Positions 1 through 11,430 of a DNA stretch of 64,000 nt are shown here, in pieces. Each line of letters opens with the position of its first letter. Position 1 is the first letter of the stretch. Origin of the DNA: the human T2T-CHM13v2.0 reference genome, Homo sapiens. Below the pieces are notes generated by a model that did no database searches, was not told where the DNA came from, and was given only the letters and a program-made list of their open reading frames with translations. The translations under genes were made by a program, and so were the position numbers. The stretch spans positions 33,568,001 through 33,632,000 of the forward strand of contig CP068257.2 of the NCBI GenBank assembly GCA_009914755.4, written 5' to 3'.

Positions 1-205
1 TTTTTGTTGTTGTGTCTCTGCCGGGTTTTGGAATCAGGATGATCCTGGCCTCATAAAATGAGTTAGGGAGGAGTCCCTCTTTTTCTATTGTTTGGAATAG
101 TTTCAGAAGGAATGGTACCAGCTCCTCTTTGTACCTCTGGTAGAATTCGGCTGTGAATCTGTCTGGTCCTGGGCTTTGTTTTGTTGGTAGGCTATTACTT
201 ACTGC
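1..205 (-). mobile_element. LINE-1 (young L1PA-like) ORF2-region fragment, 5'-truncated at about 205 and running off the window start
   Basis: The reverse complement of 1-205 translates to ...[49 protein letters not shown]..., which matches the L1 ORF2 protein segment [22 protein letters not shown]...[22 protein letters not shown]. Near-identity to the young L1 consensus at the nucleotide level. Similarity stops abruptly at about 205. Confidence 0.75.
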
Positions 206-1149
206 CAAAAATTTCTATATATTTTTTAATCAAAGTGTTAAAAGGAAATACTTGTCATGTAAGCCTAAAGGAAAATTCATACTTTTTCGACTCATAAAAA
301 CACAGATATAAGCAGGTAAGAACATTCGGACATGGATGAAACACTTCCCAGTATGATTTACAGCCTGTTATTTACCTTTTCTTAATTGACTTCGTGCCTT
401 TAAATCACAAATCTCAAAGATCTCCCTTCTCTAAATTTTGTATTTAGAAATGGGGACGGGTGATGCTCCTTATCTGAGTAAACTGGATTTACTAGAAAGT
501 CCCACAGGAGTAGATCTTTCCTGTTGGTTATTGCAAGAATCAGACTTTGCAGGGTTATGTTATAGTAATATATTATAAATACCCCCAAATCTGAGAGGCT
601 TATAAAAATGAAGTTTCGTTTTCCACTCATCTCATGTGTTGTACATTACCTCCTCCATGCCAGCATCTGAATTAAAGGAGCAACCTTTTGCTGAGAGTGT
701 TAGCCAGGAGTTGCCGTCAATGTGAACTTAGACCCATCCTGCCTTTGTGACTGCAGGCCAATGCTTAGGGGCAAGACAGCCATTTTGAAGCCACCAAAGG
801 CTCTAAGGATGCTAGAAGGTGCAGAATTGTGCACACTTCACATGTGGCTACCAGCACCAGAATGGGTGAATGGCAGGGCCATGTAAATGCGAGTGTAGAA
901 TACACCAGGAATTAACCTCCTCCCTCAGTCTTTTCATGCTCCAGCTACCGGTGAAAGCCACATATAGAACTTCTAAATCTGATGCATTGTAATGCACATA
1001 TCATCAATTAGATATCCCACTTAGAGTCAGGAAACTGGATAGGTCATTCTGGCCAGGATGACAGTGTTGTCTACTTGGAATCACACAACCTGTAAATAAC
1101 CAGGAAGTTCAAAGAAATCAGACTAATTTTCTGGGAAGTATGACAACAA

Positions 1150-1365
1150 CTAACATTTAATGAACACTTCCCATGTGCAAAGTGCTTTGTATGCATTATC
1201 TCCTTTGATCCTCACATCAGCCGGATGAGGTGGCTTTTATAATGCTCATTTTTTACAGGTGAGGGAACCAAGGCTTAGGAAGATTAAGTAACTTGATAAA
1301 GATCACACACTTAATAAGTGGTAGAGTCTAGATTTCATCCAAGGCAGTCTGATTTCAGAAATTCC
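1150..1365 (-). mobile_element. MIR SINE (ancient tRNA-derived SINE), near full length
   Basis: Contains the MIR core in reverse complement: ...atcctcacatcagcc...ttttacaggtgagggaaccaaggcttaggaagattaagtaacttgataaagatcacacacttaataagtggtagagtc... compared with consensus ttttacagatgaggaaactgaggcacagagaggttaagtaacttgcccaaggtcacacagctagtaagtggcagag. Confidence 0.6.
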
Positions 1366-1574
1366 TACTTTTAACCATTGTGTAGTCCAATCCTAACTGA
1401 TGTTTGTAATCTTGAACCTGGGATATTGTAAGAGTCAGAAGTGCCTTTGGAATCACAAACATTATGCTCCACGTGGCCTTTATGTTAGATTCATTTTGTT
1501 AAACCCTAACTCAGGGATCAACACATTTTTTCTATAAAGGACCAAATAGTGAATCTTTTAAATTTTGTGGCTAA

Positions 1575-1908
<334 letters not shown>

Positions 1909-2539
1909 TACAATGCTTTAATAAAGGAAAAACTATGCTTATCCCATGATACCATATAAAAAAAAAGATATGGGCCAGATTTGTTCCCCAAGTCACCATT
2001 TGCCAACCTTTGGTAATTCATCAAAGCTTGATGCACTGGGTATGACATATGTGTAACCTCTCTGCCAATTATGTGATTAATCAGAATATGCCATTTACAA
2101 CTATTCTGACACAGTGGGGATTTACTAAAACTAGAAGGTGAGTTTGGGTTCGTCTCTCTATAACTTCATAAATTGGTGATCTTGAGTAACCTCAATGTGG
2201 AGTCAGAGTCACATGAGGACATCTCAAATGTCTCCTTGCAGCAAGGCAGTGACCTATTCAGCCCCTGTTGTACTCCTGAAGGTGGCATCAAGTGACACTT
2301 TGTAGTATGCATGTCATTGCTCTTGACGATTTCAATTAAAAATGCCAGTGAGTTTTACTGAAATTGAAAGACTATTTACAAGCCTCCTCTTTCTCAAAAG
2401 ACATCAAAACCACAGCAAAGAGTGTTGGATCCAAGATAATTTACAGAGTAATAAAGGCCCACAGAGGATGCCTTGAGTTTTTGACGTCGTGTTGTTGGAA
2501 GTCGGATCAGGAAGGGTGAAGATCCACATTACTAAGCCA

Positions 2540-2790
2540 GCGTGTCTATAGAACTGTGTACCAGGCACAGTGCTAAGCTTTACACATATTAATAGTTAAT
2601 ACAACCACTTCAGAAAGGAGGTAACAGTTTTACCCCCACTTTTCAGATGGGAAAGCCAAGGCAGAGAAAGCTAGAGGACTCATTTGAGTTTCCCCAGTGA
2701 GTAAATGATAGGTGGAAGACTGGGACCCCGGTAGATCGGCTTGAGTCCACGACCATGGCCACTATGCTGCACTGTGCTTCCATGGCCAGA
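2540..2790 (-). mobile_element. MIR SINE
   Basis: tgtgtaccaggcacagtgctaagctttacacatattaat...ttttcagatgggaaagccaaggcagagaaag...ccactatgctgcactgt matches the reverse complement of MIR, from the conserved 3' end (tatgtgccaggcactgttctaagcgctttacatgtattaa) through the core to the 5' end (ccactatgctatactgt). Confidence 0.5.
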
Positions 2791-3576
2791 AAATGGCTAG
2801 GCCTATGGAGGAAAATAACCACTGTGTGAAGAACAATATTTAATTTCTGAATGAAGTACATTAAATTAAAAGATTGATGTTATTCAAGGCAACTAGGGGA
2901 TACTGGGTTCTAATTCTGCTTTTACCAATCAGCTAATTGGTCACTATGGCCAATTAGTCAAATGGAGTGTTGCGTTTGTCAGTTTTCATGTAAAAGAGAA
3001 GTGTTAGTATTTAACATAATCTTTTGTGTTAGTATGTTAAATGTTTTTAAATCATTTTGAGACCCCCTTTTCCAAGGAGTCAGTCATATGCATGCAGCCT
3101 GCCACACTCTGAGTACCAAGGCCCATGGCCTCAGGGAAAACTCTAACCCCGGGTATTTAGTTTCATTCATTCATTCTTCAGGAGAGCAATATCTTCTCAT
3201 CTGCATAATCAAAGGGTCAGACTGCATATCTCTAAGGTGTCTTCCAGTAATTATATTTTTATTGTTTGATGACTACAAAAGGATTTACTCATTGAGGGAA
3301 GTCTTTACTTGCTGAAAAATGTCTTTACTCACTAACGAAACTTTGATTAAATAAAGCTCTAAAGATATCTATTGACTGTAGCTCTTTGCAGCATAAAGTA
3401 TTTTTTCATTGACTACAAGATAAAATGTCCTTAATATTAGATCAGCATTAATAACAATCTAGCATAATAATAACCATGTAACCCTACTTTGCAAAAGACT
3501 CAGCCCTTTAGAAGGGAAAATGAATAAACTTAACTCATTCTTCTTCGAGGGCCGAGATAAAAATCTCAAGCTATCC

Positions 3577-3784
3577 TAGCATTAGGAGATATACCTAATG
3601 TAAATGATGAGTTAATGGGTGCAGCACACCAACATGGCACGTGTATACATACGTAACAAACCTGCACGTTGTGCACATGTACCCTAGAACTTAAAGTATA
3701 ATAAAAAAAGAAAAAAAAGAGAAAAAAAGAAATATTTTTAAAACTGTAAACTGTTAAAAAAAAAAAGAAGATGTGAACTATAAA

Positions 3785-3815
<31 letters not shown>

Positions 3816-3818
3816 AAA
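3577..3818 (+). mobile_element. L1 3' end (young L1PA-like, severely 5'-truncated) with complex A-rich/(CA)n tail and TSD
   Basis: tagcattaggagatatacctaatgtaaatgatgagttaatgggtgcagcacaccaacatggcacgtgtatacatacgtaacaaacctgcacgttgtgcacatgtaccctagaacttaaagtataat is nearly identical to the L1HS/L1PA 3' UTR terminus. It is followed by A-rich tracts and (CA)n. Flanked by an 18-19 bp direct repeat, (a)aaaatctcaag[c/t]tatcc, at 3558-3576 and 3819-3837. Confidence 0.85.
3785..3811. repeat. (CA)n microsatellite inside the L1 tail
   Basis: Uninterrupted acacac... run of about 13 units. Confidence 0.9.
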
Positions 3819-3968
3819 AAAAATCTCAAGTTATCCTTTAGATAGTCCAATCTGCTTTAAACTTTGGCCCGAGTTATTTTCACGAACATCCTCTGTTTCC
3901 AATGGAGTAGATACCATATAAGACAGAACACTACAAATCACTTTGTGTAAACTCACCAAAGAAAGGGT

Positions 3969-3981
3969 GGGGGGGGGGGGG
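3969..3981. repeat. G13 homopolymer
   Basis: aaagggtggggggggggggggaag, an uninterrupted run of 13 G. Confidence 0.9.
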
Positions 3982-4937
3982 AAGAAAAATCAGCACAGAG
4001 TCTGCTCTTAATTAAAACCAGCTGATGATGTACAGCGATTTGTCTGGAGCACCCTGGCTGCGCTGGTTCCCTGACAGCTGAACATTCTTTCCTGCCTGTA
4101 CTGTTTGAACTATGTCCAATGGTGAAATCGTTAAACCTTTGATAACTGTAGTTTAAATGCGAGAAGGGAGCGGGGGAGCTTTCTGTTTTAAGCAAGAAAG
4201 AGAGATGAGTGTTGTATTACACAAATTAACAGTTAAAAAGTTAGTACTTATTAGATCATTTTCACTGGCTTTTGGTAGAATGCCTCTGGACATTTTCAGA
4301 TTACCTATTGACACTTTTTCACGGCACAAATGTCAAAAATCTCACTTCCTCTCTTCTTCCCTAGGGGATTCTTGCTGTAGTTAGAAGGGAAATAGTATGA
4401 ACCACCTGGTCTTACTCAAAGAAGCCTTGGGGATAGGTTAATTTCACAGTTGAAAGCTCCATGTGGGGGATACATTTACATATTTACTAATACAGAAAGG
4501 GCTACCAAAAGAAAAAAATCATGTGACTTCAGGAGAACTGCTCACAAACACACAAAACACTCTGTTTCATCCTTGAGTTTGACAGATGCTTGATAGGGAA
4601 CAAAGAATAACCAAGCTGTTCATCTCCAAATACCAAAGTAACTTTAAAATGAATTGCTGTTCACAGTTTCTGGAAGACAAATCGGCATTACGAGGATGTA
4701 AATAATAACCTGTCTGTGTGTTCATACACACCCTAAACGTTTAAAAGATATTTTTAGGTATAAAATATTTCAAAAACACAATACCCTTTCTAAAACAGCC
4801 ATCATGATATATCTGTATTATAGGAAAGTGCAGATATATACAGATAGTACGTAGTTATATTCATAGAAACATAGATGACAGATGGGTAGATAGGTAGATA
4901 GATTAATACTTAGTGTTTCAAATTATACTTGGAGCAA

Positions 4938-5067
4938 TTTTTTTTTTTTTGAGACAGAGTCTCATTCCATCACCCAGGCTGAAGTGCAGTGGCACGATCT
5001 CAGCTCGTTGCAACTCGTGCCTCAGCCTCCCAAGTAGCTGTAATTATAGGTGCGAGTCACAGCACAC
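4938..5067 (-). mobile_element. Alu fragment (about 130 bp, with internal deletion)
   Basis: Poly-T then gagacagagtctcattccatcacccaggctgaagtgcagtggcacgatctcagctcgttgcaact-cgtgcctcagcctcccaagtagctgtaattataggtgcgagtcacagcacactgccc. This is an Alu arm in reverse complement, missing the central part. Confidence 0.7.
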
Positions 5068-8000
5068 TGCCCAAATTTCCTTTTTAAACTTTGGTTTCAG
5101 CATAGCCCTGTCTACTACTTGGAGGTGATTTTGGTGTTTGGATATGTTAATACATTTTTGCCAACCATGGTAGCCATGGGGTCTGGCACAATGCTGTAAC
5201 CCCATTCTTTCAATAGAACGAATGCCCCTTAGGCTGTAAGTGTGGCCCCTGTTTCCTTTGAAGGGCTTTTAGAAATAGACAGAGTGTCTTTTCCCTGGGA
5301 CTCTGGACTCCTGGGGCAAAGCTTTTTAAGACAGGTGTGAAAATTATCCTGGTTGATTCAGAAATGAGTCATTGTCTCCTGGCTGCTGCTACTGATCTCA
5401 AGCTAGCAAAGGTCAAATGAAGTTCTGGTTCACATAAAGACATTCTATGCTGAGTTTTAAGCATCACTGGGGAGTCTTCCAATTCATTTGATTTGGGAGA
5501 GCTCAACAACATTGCTGATGTAGTTATCTTTGTCCAGTTAAACTTTTGCCAGACAACCATGGGACTTCTGGCCCACAGGAAGGTAAGGGAAGATAGAAAT
5601 TAGATTAAAAGACACCCAAGTCCAAACACAATTTCACCAGACAGGTAAATATCTTAATGCCAATTAGTTTTGACAAATATGAGACATATTTGGCTTTGTT
5701 CTATCTAGGGGTACTTTTTCATTTAATCAATCTCTCAATTAAAATTCTTTAGCATTGCTTATTTAGAGTCAAATAAATAAATATATCTGTCTGGGTATAA
5801 TTCATTTAAATTAGAGCACAATGTTTGCTCTATTTGCCTTACATATTGTCATTCAGGAAACATAAGTACTCATGAAATTTTGATTTCTATTAGTTAAACT
5901 GTATAAGCATGAAGGAGTTAGTAGGGTGGTAAGCCATGTGGGTTGTCTACACTCAACGCTTTTCTACCTCCACACATCTCCTTGCTCAGAAAGCTCCCCT
6001 CCACCAGCGTCCCAAAATATCAGAGAGTAGATGTATCAGCCCCCATGCAGCTGGGCTATGAGTATTGGCTGTGGACTGGGACCTGAAGGCAGGCATCTCG
6101 AGCACTTTGGAAAAGGTTTTCTTCTCTAATTACAAAGCCCTGCCTGGAAGGACGTGTCTCCCTTCTCCGGCCAGCTGTTGCTGTGCCTACAAGTGACCTC
6201 CGTAACAATTAATTCTATCTTGTGACCTGAGGATTCTGTGCAGAACAAGAGACACAGCACAGATTTTTGATGACATCAACAAGCCATCAAATTGACCCTC
6301 TACTCACTTACCTCTGAGCTTCAATTTCTTCATCCTTAAAATGGAAAGAATAAAAGCATTTGCTTTAGGTTTTTTGATTTTTGGGGGATGTGAGAATTAA
6401 ATAAAATAATGCAAATAAATCCACTTGATATTATGCCAAGGACATAAGACATGCTTGTTTTTAGCTTCTATCATTATTTTTATTACCACTTACAACTACA
6501 TGATACTATGTTTTCAGAGAAATTGAAATAGTTCCTAAAAGCCTTCATATGTTCAACAAAGATCATAATGTAAGCAGGAGTAAAATATCTGTCAGTCAGT
6601 ACATTTCTTACATAATCAATGCTTTTCCAGAATAATGTTTTTAAAAAACATTTTGAGGAGTAATTCTGAGAGAGACACCTGGATAGCTTATGAAACTGTT
6701 TAGTTCTCTCACATAGGATCTGCCAAATTGCTGACTTCTGCAAAAAACATTAAGAATTTAAAATTATGAATATGGAATAATAGTTTTTAAATGATAGACA
6801 AATATTTCCATATTTTATCAGCTCCTGGATTATACTGCAGTTTCACACCTGCACTATTTTAATAGGCTACCTTGTGGCCCAATGGTTTTAATATGTATTC
6901 AACCCTAAATAATCACTCATTAATCTTATATGACAACCAGATAGTAATATTTATTAATGTGCTATTGTCAATAGCAGACTTTATGCTACTTATAGTATCT
7001 GCATTTTTCCCCATAGTAAAGTTTCCTACACCCTAAACAGCTCATCTCAAAACAATGACAACCAGATATTCTTAACTTCATGAAAAATTTTATGAAATAC
7101 ATGTTTGTACCAAAAAGCAGTTTTAAATCCTCTCTTGAAAATAATTGGCAGAAAATTACTTAATGGAATATCATAATTTATTTTATAAATATAAATAAAT
7201 GTGAGCTTGCCTAGATCACTTTGGCTTAAATACAAATATATCCATTGTTTTTAAAAAGTGTCTGTTGTAATTATTAAACCTGCTAAGGAGAGGGCAAGAT
7301 ACCTGTAGACTGTTAACACATCTGATGATGAAGCCAATGATAAGGATTTTAGGGGTAAAATACGACTTCAGTTTGGTTGAGTGGTTTGTTTTCTCTTTGA
7401 GCATTATACCTCCTCTCTGAAGCCCCTTCAGATCATTTTTCTAGGTCTTAGGCACCTGAGGTGGGATTAAGTACTCTCTTCACTTCCCATACAGGCTTCC
7501 AAATCATTATCCTCTATGCCCTCTAAATATCATTGCTCCACTGAGGTTAATTCTCTACATATCATCTTTTCCACTTGTTTCAATTGTCTGCTGTCTTCCA
7601 AGCCAATCCTATACATTTATCAAAAAATCTAGCCTCTGAGACAAAGTTTTCTCTCCACCCAAATTCCACTGATCCACCATAATCTCCAGTGACTTTGGAG
7701 TTCAGATGGATGACCCCTCTAATGTCTTCCTTTGTCCATCTTAACTTCCACATCTCCAGTGGCCTTCATCTCTGCTCCATTTCAGGTACTTCCTCTTAAG
7801 GTTAAATCCTGGAATTTTTCCATCCTTGAATTCTCAAATACAAATGTTCCACTTTCTGATAAAAAATTTTCATTCATTGGGTTTTACTGTTACTCCTAAA
7901 ACTATGTGGTTTTTAGATTTACCAGGTCCCTTGGTACCTAATGTTCTTTCAGAATCAGCCTCTCCTGGCCTCTTTTCCTCCCCTGGATCCCATCATTAAA

Positions 8001-8676
8001 ATAACGAGGACCCTCAATTTCCTTGCCCTCCATCATTCTGTAACACCCCCTCAACAAAACTACAAAATTGGATCAATGTTTCAAGCCACATTCTTAGTTC
8101 CTATAACAAAGTGGTTGGATACTGTTAGAAAAAATATATTATTTGATATATCAGATAGGTTCCCAATATCTCCCATAAATTTATTTACTTCCTATTCAGG
8201 GACTCATTTTCCAATACCCTTCAATGTCTATGAAAAAGCTCCATCAGTCTTCTCAAGAACTCTATCTCATACAAGCTCATTAATTTTGGCAGACAAACTT
8301 GCCACTTTAATAAAATATTAAAGTAAACAGACAGTGTCTTCCCCAACTTTGTTGCAAGTGTTATCTATTTTAATATATGTATAAATCCTGAACATCTGTA
8401 ATTCCCATTTCAGTCCATAAGGCATCTCTTTTTTTTGTTGAAGTCTCCAAGTTATGCCTTTGCATCTCTTTCCTTCTCCTCAAGTCTTTTTCATTCATCA
8501 TCCCTACTCTGTCCCATATCTTCAATCTCTCCAATATTCCAATCTCAGCTAGAACCTGCACTTCGGACTACTAATACATCCAGGTTTTCCCAATTTAAAC
8601 ATTCCTTCCTGCATTGAACTTTCCAGGTGGTTAGTTTTGGTGAACTAACCACCAACTTGTTCTACATATTCCCATC

Positions 8677-9070
8677 TGTATTAGTCCATTTTCACACTGC
8701 TATAAAGAAATACCTGAGATTGGGTAATTTCTAAAGGAAAGAGGTTTAATTGACTCACAGTTCCGCATGGCTGGGGAGGCCTCAGGAAACTTACAATCAT
8801 AGCGGAAGGCAAAGAGGAAGGAAGGCACATCTTACATGGCAGCAGGAGAGAGAGAGAGACAGAGACAGAGAGAGAGAGAGTGTGTGTGCGAAAGGTGACA
8901 TACCACTTTTCAACCATCAGACCTCATGAGAACTCACTGACTACCGTGAGAACAGCATGGGGAAAATTGCCCCCATGATCCAATCACCTCATGCTAGCTC
9001 CTTCAATTGATACCTGGGGATAAGAATTCAAGATAGGATTTGGGTGGGGATGCAGAGTCAAACCATATCA
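8677..9070 (-). mobile_element. MaLR solo LTR (THE1/MST-like), reverse orientation
   Basis: tgtattagtccattttcacactgctataaagaaatacctgagattgggtaatttctaaaggaaagaggtttaattgactcacagttccgcatggctggggaggcctcaggaaacttacaatcatagcggaaggcaaagagg...catgatccaatcacctc...caaaccatatca matches the reverse complement of the THE1/MST LTR family, which starts tgatatggtttggctgtgtcccc.... Confidence 0.7.
8846..8888. repeat. (GA)n followed by (GT)n compound microsatellite inside the LTR
   Basis: gagagagagagacagagacagagagagagagagtgtgtgtg. Confidence 0.85.
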
Positions 9071-10429
9071 CCATCTTACCTACAGGTCTTCAAAACAGCA
9101 ATATATATTTCCTATATGCACTTTACTTTTTTCTCATTTCTTCCTTGGTCCTTTGCAATCTGACTTTCATCATAGTACCCAATTATAATAGTTTTCTCAG
9201 TAGGAAATCAATAATATTTTTACTGAAGATTCTAATAAAAAGTTCATTTTTTAATTTCCATGTCTCTTGGTGTCCTAGCCTCTTTTGAAAAGAGACTGGA
9301 CAGACACGCCCCAAGCCAGATGGAAGTCCCGGTATGGCAAACTAAAGAGCTTGGACTTTTCCAGCCAAATTTTGAAGAGATCTTGAAAGTTTATTCTCAT
9401 GAAGCTTTTTACCTTTTTTGCTTCTGTGATTTTGCGCTCTCATGGCTCTCCTTTCACCCTTCCTAGCTCTTTCTCAGACACATTTTCTCCTGCTCATCAG
9501 TGAAATGTTTTTGCTCAGAAGTCTATCCTCAGCTTGCTATCTTCTCACCCCACCTGGTTATTTCCTGGGTGATGCTGTCCACGCCCATGCTTTCCAATGC
9601 CTGGTATAGGGCATAGATTCCAATGTGGACAACTTTCATGCTGGCCTCCACCACAGCACGCTTCAGATGCACATATCCAGCTGTTTATTGCACACCATAC
9701 AACCCACAGGTATTTCATACTTTCTCTGTACTACACAGAACTCAAAATCTTTCCTACAAATTTCTGTCTTCCTATCTGTTCCCTATCAATTCACTCATAT
9801 AATTTAGAGAAATGGAACTTGCAGGCATCATTGTGCCTTTGCCCTTAACCAGTCACACTACAACTTCTTTTTACTTTATTCCAAGTTATTTCTTGATTTT
9901 TCCTATCTCCACCTCCTCTCCACCTCTCATGCATTTCTACTCTGGCTTCTGCAGGCCCCTAGTCATTTCTTGCCTTGATTAAGTGCAAGAGCCTCTAATC
10001 ATTCTTTCCACCATCAACAGTGTTCTCCTGAAAGCCATTCCCTGGAGTCACCAGAATTATCTGGTACCAAATCAAACCAAAACATGGCACGTCCCTTGAA
10101 TGAACCCTTCAGTGGCTGCTATCACCTCCAAAGCAAAGCCCAAGTGCCTTAGCAAGAACTTTGGTCACCTCCCCAGGAAATACTCTCACTCCTCCTGACT
10201 CATGCATGCTGTCAATATGGAACTCCTAAAGTTCTCAAGGATGCCCTGCCTGGAAGGCTTCCAAACCCACTTTGTCACAGTTCTCCTTGAAGGGTCTGTG
10301 ATTCAGCTCAGGGACTATCTCTTTCTGATTCCTCTTATGACACCTTAGGCTAGCCTAAGCCCTCTCCCTTCTATATGAATAAAACCTTATACCTGCACCT
10401 ATTATTTCATTTACTTTATAATGCATGCA

Positions 10430-10520
10430 TTTTTGTGTAATATACATATATATATGTATATGCACATATATGTATTTATGTATATCTATATACCTCTATC
10501 TAATCTATCATCTATCTCTC
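10430..10520. repeat. TA/TG-rich low-complexity tract
   Basis: atatacatatatatatgtatatgcacatatatgtatttatgtatatctatatacctctatctaatctatcatctatctctc. Confidence 0.6.
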
Positions 10521-10751
10521 TAGTCATTGCACTTGCTTTACAATGATTCACATGAGTTTGTCTAACCCTACTCATCTACGGACAACTTAAATCCAGTAAT
10601 GAACTTGTTCAGTCACCTATGAATCTCCAGTGACTACTGTGGTACATGGACTAAACAAAGTCTGTATTCTATCAATACTTTTGGAAGGAAATTATGAAGA
10701 AATACAGTTCCATCTCTCCCACAAACAGATCAGAATGTACGGAATAATAAC

Positions 10752-11200
10752 TGGCTTGCATAATTTGGATATCTGTCCCCTCTAAGCCTCATGTTGAAAT
10801 TTGATCCCTGTTGTTAGATGTGGGGTCTAGTAGGAGGTGTTTGGGTTATGGAGGTGGGTCCCTCATGAATGGCTTGGTGCTGTCCTTGCAGTAGTGAGTG
10901 AGTGTTCACTCTATTTGTTCCCTCAAGAGTTCACCCCCTAGCCGGTTGTTAAAAGACCTTGGCACCTCCCTCCCCTCTCTCTTGCTTCTTCTCTCACCAT
11001 GTGACTTGCACAAGCCTGCTCCTCTTCACCTTCCCCAGTGAGTGGAAGATTCCTGAAGCTCTTATCAGAAGTAGATGTTGGTGTCATGCTTCTTGTACAG
11101 CCTGCAGAACTGTAAAACAAATAAACCTCTTTTCCTTATAAATTATGCAGCCTCCGTAAGTATTCGAGGAGAGCTTTCTATGTGCTCAGCGCTCTTCCAG
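10752..11200 (+). mobile_element. MaLR solo LTR (THE1/MST/MLT-like), forward orientation, slightly 5'-truncated
   Basis: tggcttgcataatttggatatctgtcccctctaagcctcatgttgaaatttgatccctgttgttagatgtggggtctagtaggaggtgtttgggttatggaggtgggtccctcatgaatggcttggtgc...tctcaccatgtgacttgcacaagcctgctcc...cagcctgcagaactgtaaaacaaataaacctcttttccttataaattatgcagcctc matches MaLR LTR consensus blocks in order. Confidence 0.65.
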
Positions 11201-11334
11201 CTGCTAGAGATACAGCAGAAAACAAGATACGAGAAGTCCAACTTAGCAGAGATCACATTCCAGGGTGCCAAGTATCCTGACAACATAAAAGTCAGCACAT
11301 AAATGAACAAAAGGACTTCTGACAGGGCTAAGTC

Positions 11335-11430
11335 ATTCAATTAATTTTAGAAATATTTATTGAACTCCTGTGTAAGGGTCAGATACTCTTCTGGGTCCAG
11401 AGCGTAGAGAAAGTAACAAAACAAATATCC
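11335..11430 (-). mobile_element. MIR/L2-related ancient repeat fragment
   Basis: aatatttattgaactcctgtgtaagggtcagatactcttctgggtccagagcgtagagaaagtaacaaaacaaatatccc resembles the conserved L2/MIR 3' terminus (caataaatatttgttgaa...) in reverse complement. Confidence 0.35.

Noticed and set aside
7400-10400. Long stretches with a repeat-like feel (serine/proline/leucine-rich pseudo-ORFs, for example the 126 aa ORF at 7941-8321)
   Set aside because: Probably very old LINE/L2 or other decayed repeats. I could not match them confidently to a family by eye, so they are not annotated as features.}
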